From Octopus sinensis (Eukaryota), in contig NW_021835982.1 in NCBI RefSeq assembly GCF_006345805.1, forward strand, positions 4,636-68,635: a stretch of DNA of 64,000 nucleotides, written 5' to 3'. Below, piece by piece: positions 26,625 to 37,275 of the stretch. Made by a program: the position numbers and the translations under genes. Within the stretch, counting starts at the first letter, position 1, and every line of letters begins with the position of its first letter. The notes beneath the pieces are model-generated. The model saw only the letters and a list, made by a program, of their open reading frames with translations, was not told the DNA's origin and did not search any database.

Positions 26625-26835
26625 ATGCTCACATACTTCCTGTCAGGTATCCCAGATGAACCAACTTCACGACAGGAGGTGCAGATGAGGGCAGCTACAT
26701 CAAACTCTCTCATGCACCCAATGTTATTTGCTAAAAAGCATTCGTGAAGTAAAATCCTGTAGCAACACCGAATGGCGGTGCCCCAGCATGGCCACAGCTT
26801 GTGAGCTGAAACGAGATAAAATTATGAAATGAATG
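26625..26835 (+). mobile_element. Extreme 3' fragment of a second CR1/L2-group LINE family
   Basis: Encodes FLSGIPDEPTSRQEVQMRAATSNSLMH (typical ORF2 C-terminus), then GGCGGTGCCCCAGCATGGCC-CAGC/GCTG-AAAC at 26774-26812. Confidence 0.7.
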
Positions 26836-27018
26836 CTACTGTCATCACTTACTGCGGCAATCATTCTCAAACCACCATAAAATTAAAAGATGAATTAATC
26901 GAAGATCATCTGAACCGCTTTTAAACATGTTTATGTACATATAAATATAGAATGTGTGTGCGTTTGCGCACGTGTGTGTGTGTGTGTGTATGTGAGTGTG
27001 TGTGTGTGTATGTGTGTG

Positions 27019-27050
<32 letters not shown>

Positions 27051-27376
27051 ATTGTTTACTCTAAAGGTACGCCGAAGGGCGCGACTCGCTACCAAAGCGT
27101 GTGGGTGCTCACTTTTTGCAGACTAATGCTGATAAATGGAGCCATTGTCATTTGTTAACGTAAGCTGGGCCGTAGGCTCAAATAAGTGATATCTATCAAT
27201 TTCGCAAAACACGTGAACACTATATAACGCTTTAATACCGACTACGACTTCTGCTTCTATGTTTGCATCCATAAATTCTTATATATATATGTGTATATAT
27301 ATATATAATATATATATATATATATAATGTATAGAACAATCTTACTTAGAAATGGATGCGTGCGTTCAGTCATATA

Positions 27377-27847
27377 TAAATAAATAAATAAAAAAGCTAT
27401 GCTATATACATACTATATGTACGTACCTACCTCAACATGTATATATACATGCATATGGGTACAGGACACCAAAAAAACGTCGAACACAATGAGAAAGGAA
27501 AACATAGACACAAAAACAAGGATATGGACATTTCTTTTAAACACGAAAAAATAGAGTACAGGACATACAAAACAAGGAAAATTCCCCTTCTTCAGTCGCC
27601 TTAATTTCAACCTTCGAAATGTGGAGTAGATGAAATTAAGGCGACTGAAGAAGGGGAATTTTCCTTGTTTTGTATGTCCTGGACTCTATTTTTTCGTTGT
27701 TTAAGAAAAATGTCCGGTTCCTCGGCTTTGTGTTTAAGTTTTCGTTTCTCATTGTGCTCGACGTTTTTTTGGTGTCCTGTACCCATATATGCATGTATAT
27801 ATACATGTAGAGGTAGGTACGTACATATATGTATGTATATATGCATA

Positions 27848-27862
<15 letters not shown>
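27377..27862. repeat. Long inverted repeat (fold-back) with ~230-bp arms and a 21-bp spacer
   Basis: The inner 48 bp are perfectly complementary (27561-27608 vs 27632-27679). The outer arms are diverged but alignable out to the TAAA/TTTA tracts. Confidence 0.9.
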
Positions 27863-27878
<16 letters not shown>

Positions 27879-27880
27879 CA

Positions 27881-28098
27881 TATTGAGCGAAAACACCTAA
27901 AGTTCGACGAGGCTCCGGCAGGGGGCGGGGTGATCCCTGCTGTACTCTTTCGCCACCAATTTCTGTCACTCTTTCTTCTGTTGGCCTGCTCGCTTAGCCA
28001 GCAGGGTGGCGTCATTTGAAGGCTAAAACAATGTGAAGCGCATTGTGACAAGCGATGTGTAGCAATATTTGATAGCCTGGTCGGTCACGGGGATCACG

Positions 28099-28103
<5 letters not shown>
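27881..28103 (+). mobile_element. SINE family B, headless copy with tail type iii (..GGTCACGTGAT)
   Basis: Core GAGCGAAAACACCTAAAG..GAGGCTCCGGCAGGGG is shared with 38539-38927; the 3' part differs. Confidence 0.75.
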
Positions 28104-28150
<47 letters not shown>

Positions 28151-28238
28151 CTATATATATATATATATATACAGAGAGAGAGAGAGGGAAGGCGATAGAT
28201 AGATAGATAGTTAGATAGATGTATATAATGGAGAAATT

Positions 28239-28444
28239 ACTCTTTTACTCTTTTACTTGTTTCAGCCATTTCACTGTGGGCCATGCTGGAGCACCGCTTT
28301 TAGTAGAAGGAATCGATCCCGAGACTTATTCTTTATAAGCCTAGTACGTATTATATCGGTCTCTTTTGCCGAACCGCTAATTTACGGTGACGTAACACAC
28401 CAGCATCGGTTGTCAAGTGAGGTTGGGGGACAAACCAGACAAAA

Positions 28445-28476
<32 letters not shown>

Positions 28477-28541
28477 CACACACACTATATATATATAATA
28501 TATATTATATATATAATATATATATATATATGTGTATATAT

Positions 28542-28619
<78 letters not shown>

Positions 28620-28793
28620 CATATATATACGACGGGCTTCTTTCAGTTTCTGTCTACCAAATCCACTCAGAAGGCTTTGGCCAACCCGAGGCTATAGTAG
28701 AAGACACTTGCCCAAAGTGCCACGCAGTGGGATTGAACCCGGAACCATGTGGTTGGTAAACAAGCTACTTACCACACAGCCACTCCTGAGCCT
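28239..28793 (-). mobile_element. SINE family A, full copy
   Basis: Reverse complement of the AGGCGCAGGAGTGGCTGTGTGG head, central microsatellite and tail. Confidence 0.9.
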
Positions 28794-28800
28794 AATTTAG

Positions 28801-28892
28801 AAAATATGGAACTCTTCACGAATTTGCGTGTCATCCTGGTGCAGGGGCCATGCTAATCTATGTATCGTTCCAATTTTAGAATATATGCCGCC
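28801..28892 (-). pseudogene. U6: U6 snRNA pseudogene (5'-truncated, ACAGAGA box damaged)
   Basis: Minus strand reads GGCGGCATATATTCTAAAATTGGAACGATACATAGATTAGCATGGCCCCTGCACCAGGATGACACGCAAATTCGTGAAGAGTTCCATATTTT, matching the metazoan U6 consensus except ACAGAGAAG is reduced to ACATAG. Confidence 0.93.
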
Positions 28893-29179
28893 ATCAAAAA
28901 TCTATAAAGAGATGATGAGAAAAGTACGGGCACAGCTTCGAGTACCTGTTGTTATCCGTAGATTCATTGCCGGAACTTCGTAGTGGCGGCTGGGATAACA
29001 GTATTAATAAAATAGATGGAATGTGTAATAGACTTTATTGGGAAAAACACATGTTCCGATCAGTTCTGGGTCTCTTCAGGGACATCAATAGAAAGTCTCA
29101 CTAGAGATTTCTTGAGTTGGCTTATGTACCGCTATATGTCCATCAACTTCAAGAATTTTATTAATACTATATATATATA

Positions 29180-29578
29180 TATATATATATATAAAAGTGA
29201 AGTTGTGTGTCTGTCTCCTACGATTTAGATTCCTAACTACTCCCACATTTTGCGGTGCAGTTTAACCAAAACCGGGTATCTTATAGTCGTGATTCCTATC
29301 GAGCCCTTCTGCGTATTAGCGCGTGTCTACGATGAGTTTACGATTTTAAAAAAATTTACCATCATTTTTTCCATTTTAATGCATTTTTTTCGCTATTACA
29401 TAAGGGAAGTAACTCTCTAAAAATGTCTACGATGAGTCAAAGATTTAAAAAAAAATTTACCATCATTTTTTTTCCATTTTTAATGCAATATTTTGCTATA
29501 TTTTGGCTATAACCCTCTAAAAATGCTTATATAGTTATTTCCCTTACAAATCCGAACAACGCCGGGCGATGCTGCTAG
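29180..29578 (+). mobile_element. Non-autonomous Helitron-like element
   Basis: 3' end is TCCGAACAACGCCGGGCGATGCTGCTAG|T. The last ~120 bp are shared with 14632-15012. Internal ~100-bp duplication; the 5' end is hidden in (TA)n. Confidence 0.75.
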
Positions 29579-29588
29579 TATATATATA

Positions 29589-29790
29589 TTCTTTTACTTG
29601 TTTCAGTCATTTGACTGCGGCCCTGCTGGAACACAACCTTTAGTCAAACAAATCGCCCCCAGGACTTGTTCTTTTTAAGTCTGGTATTTGTTCTGTCGGT
29701 GTTTTTTGCCGAACCGCTATGTTATGGGGACGTAAACACACCAACATCGGATGTCGAGTGATAATGGGGGGGGGGACAAACACAGACATA
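29589..29790 (-). mobile_element. SINE family A, 3' half
   Basis: CTTTTACTTGTTTCAGTCATTTGACTGCGGCC.. tail. Confidence 0.8.
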
Positions 29791-30948
29791 CAAATATGTG
29801 TGTGTGTATGTGTGTATGTGTATGTGCGTGTGTACGCACATATTATATATATATATATTAAGATATTTGTGTTTGAATGCGTTGCAATAACTCAGATTGG
29901 CTTTCCATAGTTGTTTACACCCAGTTAAAAACCCCGGTACTATTATTATTGTAATTAACTCTCCTTCTTCATGTAGTGAGTTTTTAACCTTTCCTGTCTG
30001 TCTGCTTGTGTATGTATATATATATCTATGTGTGTGTCTGTGTGTGTGTGCGCGCGCGCATGTGTGTGCGTGAGGGTGTGAGTGTGTGTGCACGTTCTAC
30101 GTATCTTACACTATGCGCGAGCGTGTTTTGATTACGTTTCGTATTGCGTTTGTGCGTATTTCGTGTGTATGTGTGTATCTGTATTATGTTATATAAAAAG
30201 TATGATAATTAAAATGCAATAATTAAGGGTGTGTTTTGAGCAATCAGTTTCAAGAGAAATCATCTGTAATTTGAATGCAATGACAGAAAATGCTCGCAAT
30301 TAAAGCAGACATAGACATGCTCTTGTATTCCTAAATTGGTTATTGAAGTAGGCCTTCTAACGTATGCGTGTCATATATGCGTGTGTATTTGTTTGATGTT
30401 GCTTCATTCAATATTTCCTTATTCAGCAGAGGTGACATTTCCTGTCAACATTAGCGGGTCTTTTGAAAGTGATGTAAATGAGGGGGGAGATTTTGGCCCC
30501 CGAGTGTTTAGGCCTAATTGGATCGAGTGGTCACAGCTGGACGCATACAAACAATGAACGTGTACACGTTAAGGACACAAATGTGAAAAATGAGTAATCA
30601 AGCAGAGGCGAAGAGTGGTAGTGTATCTAGTCGAAAGTCAGCTTTCCGAAGTGTAACTCGGAGTTCAACGTTTTAAAACGTCAGGCCTTGAAACCTCACC
30701 AGGTAGTGGTTGCAATTCCTGGACGTTGCGTCCTTCAGCAAAAACATATCATCTCTGTTATTCTACCATCATTTCGATCTCTGACGCGTGGTTCGCCGTA
30801 CACATTTTCAGGCAACGTTGATTTGCTGGATGGAGTGAGCTATGAACAGCACATACGTTTGATCTTTGCAAACAAACTATTTGTGCAATGGTTCAGCAAA
30901 AAAACTGAACACGCGTACAACGTCCTCGAAAGGAGATTCCATATCATA

Positions 30949-30990
<42 letters not shown>

Positions 30991-30999
30991 GTTCTTTTC

Positions 31000-31208
31000 T
31001 GCTCTAGGCACAAAGCCCGAAATTTTGGGTGAGGGGGCCAGTCGATTATATCGACCTCACTACGCAACTGGTACTTAATTCATCGACACCGAAAAAATGA
31101 AAGACACAGTCGACCTCAGTGGAATTTGAATTCAGAACGTAAAGACAGACGAAATACCGCTAAGCATTTCGCCCGGCTTGTTAACGTTTTTGCCAGCTCG
31201 CTGCCTTC
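31000..31208 (-). mobile_element. SINE family C monomer with alternative tail
   Basis: GCACAAAGCCCGAAATTTTGGG..GAATTTGAATTCAGAAC..GCCAGCTCGCTGCCTT. Confidence 0.8.
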
Positions 31209-31348
31209 ACATAGATATAAATTTATATATATATATAAAGATATGTATGTATGAATGTATGTATGTATGTATGCATGTATGCATGTATGTATGTATATAA
31301 ATATATATATATACATATATACATACATATATATAATACGTATGTTTG

Positions 31349-31381
<33 letters not shown>

Positions 31382-31505
31382 GTATATGTATACATATACA
31401 TTATATAAATATATATATATAATTATTATTATATATATATATATATATATAGGTGTGTTTGTGTGTATGTGTGTGTGTGTGTATGTATATACACACGCAC
31501 AATTA

Positions 31506-31815
31506 TGTGGAGACGCAATGGCTCAGTTAAGGCAGCGGACTCGCGGTCGAGGGATCACGGTTTCGATTCCCAGGCCGGGCGTTGTGTGTGTTTTTTGAGC
31601 GAAAACACCCAAAGTTCGACGAGGCTCTGCCAATGGGTAGTGTCGACTCCTGTTGTACTCTTTCTCCCCAAATTTCTCTTTCGCTTTCTTCCTGTTACTT
31701 GAGTAACGCTGCGATGTACTGGCGTCCGGTCCAGCTGGGGGGAACACATACGCCATAGAAACCGGGAAACCGAGCCTATGAGCCTGGCTAGGCTTGAAAA
31801 GGGCGCATTAAAAAC
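31506..31815 (+). mobile_element. SINE family B head and core with tail type ii
   Basis: tRNA-like head GGAGACGCAATGGCTCAGTTAAGG..GGTTTCGATTCCC and shared core. The 3' part GAGTAACGCTGCGATG..GGGCGCATTAAAAA differs from the other copies. Confidence 0.75.
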
Positions 31816-31835
31816 ATTTACAAACACACACACAC

Positions 31836-31893
<58 letters not shown>

Positions 31894-31967
31894 ATTATAT
31901 ATATATGGTAAACACGGTAAGTAAGATAAAAGAAAGAGACCTCAATATTATGCAAATAGAGGAAATT

Positions 31968-32106
31968 TATCTTTAAAATAATATGTGACAATAATTCAAT
32001 AGCCAAGAAAACCGAAGAGATGGTGTTGTCGATTTCCACCTCGGCATCCGAAACACAGAGTTTTATCTTGGCTATTGAATAAATGTCACATATTATTTTA
32101 CAGATA
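31968..32106 (+). repeat. Inverted repeat (~45-bp arms) capped by a hammerhead-like three-way junction
   Basis: Arms 31968-32011 and 32063-32106. The apex is CCGAAGA GATG..CATC C GAA AC ACAGA GT T. Flanked by (TA)n. Confidence 0.7.
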
Positions 32107-32219
32107 TATATATATATATATATATCAAATTAAAAGGAAACAAATCACGACGAGAATAGCAGGTCATTTAGGATATTTAATTAGAGTAAAGTTGAATCAA
32201 GAAAGGAGAACTAGAAGTA

Positions 32220-32299
32220 TTGTCTTACAGCTGTTTCTGGGATATCCTAGTTAATGTGTCAACACACCTACAGACTGATTATTCCGTCATCAGAGACAA
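32220..32299 (-). ncRNA. Type I hammerhead ribozyme motif
   Basis: Minus strand reads TTGTCT CTGATGA CGGAATA..TATCCCA GAA ACAGCTGT A AGACAA. It has 6-bp helix I, palindromic helix III and a GUA site; helix II carries two mismatches. Confidence 0.75.
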
Positions 32300-32852
32300 G
32301 TTTTGTATGCAGGAAAGTTCCTGACAGAGAATTTACAGTAGATAGGAGAATAAAACACTAGATAGAAGAATAAATTTCATAGCTCATCTTATTTTGGGTG
32401 AGTGGTGCGTGCATGTGTGTGTCTGTGTGCACTTGTAAAACGAATCTTGTAAAATTAAATTATTTTGCAACAATAACTACATGTACTGATATATTTCAGA
32501 ACCGGCTTCGATTTTCATGTTTCGTCTTGTAAAGTAATTTACAGCATTCTCAACACTTGGGCCAATTCGATAAATACAAAAGCTGACACTTGCCGAAGTA
32601 CTTATTCATGAATAGGCTGTAAAGCTCTAGTGTATTGTTGTAATTTAAAACTATAAAACTGAGCTAGACACTGCTTTCGAGATTACAAACAAGGCCAAAC
32701 ACTGGACTAATTAATACTAATAAAATAAAGAGCATAATTGAGATGTATGTATGTGTGTGAGTGCGTATAAATATAACTATGTATGTATCTATTTACTTAT
32801 CTTTGAATAAAGTTATGTGTATGAATGTGCTTTGCATGTATGTGTATACATG

Positions 32853-32898
<46 letters not shown>

Positions 32899-32955
32899 TG
32901 TGTGTGAAAGTGAGTGTGTGTGTGTCCATGTATAATCACGTGAGTGTGTGTACTC

Positions 32956-32993
<38 letters not shown>

Positions 32994-33523
32994 TATATAT
33001 ATTCAGTATATGAGTATACACATGTATATGTATTTGCGTACAATTAGTAGGTTGATGTGTGTAATCAATAGCTGAAGAATTTTTGTCTATGCTTAGAAGA
33101 AAGCTAAAAGAAAAGAGTTGAATAGTTGCTCAGGATTTAACATATTTTAGCATATTTTTTCATAATAGGCATAGTACGTTCCAAAACTGTTTTTGTTCCA
33201 ACAAATTGCTACCTATGGTACTACGGGAACAGACTATTATTGCTACCCCTAAGACAACGCAGTTTGAAGTCTACATCGGTTCATCCATTTAGTACAACCT
33301 ACTTATCTCATTTCAGTAGCTGTATTTTCCAGTTTAAACAGAATCAATGCGTAGACCATGCGGGAAGTCGTACGTACCCCAGAAAAGGGAGTTTTCTGCT
33401 CCCAGGGGCCCAACTGTTCATTATGTGAAAAATTTTAAGAGCCTAAAACTATCTCTAGAAATAAGAAATGTATGTTCCCAGATTCGAGAAAATCAGTTGC
33501 GAACCTCAGAATTCTTGCGAGTT

Positions 33524-33561
<38 letters not shown>

Positions 33562-33567
<6 letters not shown>

Positions 33568-34762
33568 TTTATATAGATAGATATTTTCCAAAATTACATA
33601 AAATATCTTGAAATACTAACGAGTAAATTTATTCAATAAAATCGTCATTCGCTTCAACGACGGCCTCCAGACGACTTCGGAATCTGCTGCAACTCTTTTG
33701 GACGGTCTCCTTGTTTAAGTTGGTAGATCCTGCCATAATCTTTGCCTTCAGTTCAGCTTTGGTGTAACAAGGCGTTTTGCTACTATCTCGCTCAACAGCG
33801 CCCCACACATAATAATCAAGGGGGTTGCAGTTTGGGGAGTTAAGTGGCCTGATCGTAGGTGTGATGTGGTCAGAGAAATTGTCTGACAGCCATGACTGAG
33901 TTCTCCTGCTTGTGTGACATGGTGCAGAGTCCTGTTGGCAGTCACAGGTTCTTCCAGTAGCCACCCTCTTGACCCAGGAGATACATCAAATACCTCTTCC
34001 CGGTACTTGATGTAAGCCCCCGTGTTGAGTCTGAGACCGTGTGGGAAGATGAATGGAGGTATCGCGTCTCCCTCACAACTGATCACTCCAAACACCATGA
34101 TTTTTTATTTTTATCACTCTCGGTACATGGTTTCGGGACACGGCAAGCTAACGGTTGCTCTGTGTGTTCGCCATCTGGTCCTGGCAGAAATTTTTCTCGT
34201 CTGAGAGAAACCAAAGCATGTTCGGTTGAAGATGATGCTTGTGTTTGTGCGTTGCTCGGCCTTTCCTCTTGTCCTTGATGGCTCGGGATAAAAATTGGCC
34301 GTTTTTTATCTTGTATGGGGAATACCGAATGTTGTCATGCACTACCTGCCTGATTAGAAACTCAGACACTCCTATGTCATTGGCGATGTACCTGTTTGTT
34401 TTCCAGGAATCATTGTCAATTATGACTTGGATCTCACCAACAAATTTTAGAGTTTTCCAAGCTGCCGTACCTTCGTAATTACCATTAGACTCATCCCACT
34501 CTTTCTGAATCACCTGCGCTGACCTCAAATTGACAACCAAATACTGACATGTTCGTATTGGGGCTTTAGGTGCGAATGCCAAGCAGTACAGCATGTCGTT
34601 TCCAAATTTCTGGCAGAGTGAATTGCATCATGTTGCTGTTCTTCTCACAGACAGTATCCAACTGACTCTTCTATAATGTGTAGTCGGCAAAATCTAAAAC
34701 AAACAATGCATATGCCTGAAATTTAAATTATAAAATAGTAATAGTTTACCCATGGCAACCTG
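33562..34762 (-). mobile_element. Tc1/mariner superfamily maT-type (DD37D) transposon remnant
   Basis: LWFLSDEKNFCQDQ, MVFGVISCEGD..PPFIFPHGLRLNT and QQDSAPCH-(37 aa spacing)-NPLDYYVWGAVE. The 5' end is TA|CAGGTTGCC at 34762; the other end is unclear. Confidence 0.85.
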
Positions 34763-35221
34763 TATATGTATGTATATATAGAGAGAGATGTATATAGATA
34801 TATGTGTGTGTATATTGGTATCCGTACATAATGAACATCCATAAATAATATATTCTATGCAGTCATACTGACATACATAGGAAGTATGAGTGTTTGGTCA
34901 ACCAGATTCGCCAGGAGCCATGTGAGCGTCGACTTGTGAGTTCGATTCTGCTTGGGGTTAGCTCGTCATTTGAAATTCTTTTGTTTATATTTAAAAAATT
35001 GACGATTCAAATCGGAGAATGTATATCATTATGATATATATTATATAGTTATTATACAGCTATTATACAGTTATTATACTATGAGTGTTCTATACTAGCT
35101 TTTTGTCTGTAACTCGCAAAACCATTCGGGGTTGTTAATAACAAGATTATTTATGTAGTAGAGAGAATAATATAGGTAGATAGATAAATGGATAAATATA
35201 TATATATATTATATTATATAT

Positions 35222-35344
<123 letters not shown>

Positions 35345-35799
35345 TCATACGTGTGGTGTGTGTGTGTGTGCGTGTGTGTGTGCGTGCGTGTGTATAGATA
35401 TATACATATGTGCGTATTTCTGTATTTGCGTTTGAATATTTGTAGATACATATTGATATGTTTATTTACGTCATTTTTGATATGCATAAACACGAACGTA
35501 CATTTATGATTATTTATGTAGTACTTTGGCAAGCTGATGCTTGTTTCGGGTCTAGTGTCTATCCACAAAGACACTTGTTACACTATAAGGCATTAAACGA
35601 AGTGGGAAGAAAAAACGTTGATAAAATGACAAGATTTAATATTCCGAAAACTAAATTACAAGTTTATACCTAAGAGAAAAGAAGAGCACTTGACGTTTAG
35701 TATATTTTAAAGAGTGCAATATCATACACATACTCGTCTATATATTTACTCCCTACTTACGCAAATAGATACCTATGTGCATGTTTATGTGTGTGAGTC

Positions 35800-35851
<52 letters not shown>

Positions 35852-36243
35852 CAGTAGAAGATTGTATAATATATCGAATATTATTTTAAAGATCTGAAAA
35901 AATTTGAAAAGGTATTTTTGAAAAATATATTAAAATTTACTGATTTTGATTTAGGTAGGTAGACATTGGTATGAAAATTTTAAAGTTTGTATATATATCC
36001 TTGGTAAGTTCATCTTGGTAATCCATGGATAATTTTGTGTAAGTGTTACCTTATCCTGCATTCCATATTTGAAACGAAGAAGTTTGATTTTGGTGAAAGT
36101 ATTACAATTATATTTTTTCTTTGTATAATTGGAAGATATCAATTTAAATCTGATTTTTTTATTACAACTGTAAAGGTCTATTTATTTACATTATTTTCAT
36201 TATTTATATTTGACGAATATTTGTCCTCATCTTGTTTGTTGTT

Positions 36244-36289
36244 AACACAACGTTTCGGTTGATATACCCTCCAGCCTTCATCAGGTGTC
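36244..36289 (-). ncRNA. Minimal type I hammerhead ribozyme motif
   Basis: GACAC CTGATGA A GGCTG GAGGGTATAT CAACC GAA ACGT T GTGTT. Core intact with an extra A after A9, palindromic ACGU helix III, GUU site and one mismatch in helix II. Confidence 0.78.
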
Positions 36290-36391
36290 TAGGGGAAATT
36301 TCGAACCTTGGTTCTCATTCCTAAGGTATTTTTTGAAGTTGCTATTATTATTATTATTATTATATTATTATTATTATTATTATTATTATTA

Positions 36392-36453
<62 letters not shown>

Positions 36454-36456
<3 letters not shown>

Positions 36457-37217
36457 TAGTTTTATTTTTATAGCGTGCTTTCACTTCACTACCGAGCGCA
36501 GCTCTGTGTGCCTTGGGTATGTGCTGTGATTTTTTGTGATGCTCTGATGGTTATTGTATGGAAAGTGTTCTGCGTAGGATGTGTGCAGTGCCTAGTAGTG
36601 CAATTTTCTGTATGTTGTATGTGTTTGTAAGTCCTGGTGTTTTTGTTATGCATTTGTCTGAATATTTTTTTATCATGCCTAATGCACCTACTATGATAGG
36701 AATTGTTTCTGTTTTCAGATTCCACATTTTAGTTACCTCTATTTCCAGGTCTTTGTATTTTGAGAGTTTCTCCATTTCTTTTAGAGACACTTTGTCATCT
36801 GCCGGTATTGATACATCAATTAGAAAGCATTTTTTTTTCTTCATGATCTCTGACAACTATATCTGGTCTGTTGGCCTTAATTTCTCTATCTGTGTGTATC
36901 GGCATATCCCAGAGTATGGTTGCTTTCTCGTTTTCTGTGACCTTTTCTGGTGTGTGCCTATACCATCTTTTTTCTGTTGTTATTCCATAATGTTGGCATA
37001 GCTTCCAATGTATGTAGGTTCCAACTCTGTCATGTCTGTGAATATATTCCTTCTTAGCCAGGACTGGGCAGCTAGAGATAATATGATTTATTGTTTCTTG
37101 TCCATCTCCACATATTCTGCAGTTACTTGTAATATTTCTTTTCATTACATGTTTTTGGTAATTTCTGGTGGGGAGGCTTTGGTCTTGTGCTGCAATTAAA
37201 AATCCCTCTGTTTCTGC
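36454..37217 (-). mobile_element. 5'-truncated R4/Dong-like non-LTR retrotransposon (CCHC knuckle plus restriction-like endonuclease)
   Basis: CRICGDGQETINHIISSC, RHDRV, RPDIVV..FLIDVSIP..KLSKYKDL, IVGALG (ORFs 36816..37145 and 36551..36856, one frameshift). (TAA)n lies on both sides. Confidence 0.9.
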
Positions 37218-37234
37218 TAATAATAATAATAATA

Positions 37235-37275
<41 letters not shown>

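Noticed and set aside
27609-27665. Possible permuted (type II) hammerhead at the palindrome centre (CGAAAT..CTGAAGA)
   Set aside because: No valid helix III with an NUH site, and no helix I.
29049-29085. CTGAAGA GAC..ATC GGAAC ATGT on the minus strand
   Set aside because: GAAA is mutated to GGAA, the cleavage triplet is lost and there is no helix I partner. At most a dead remnant.
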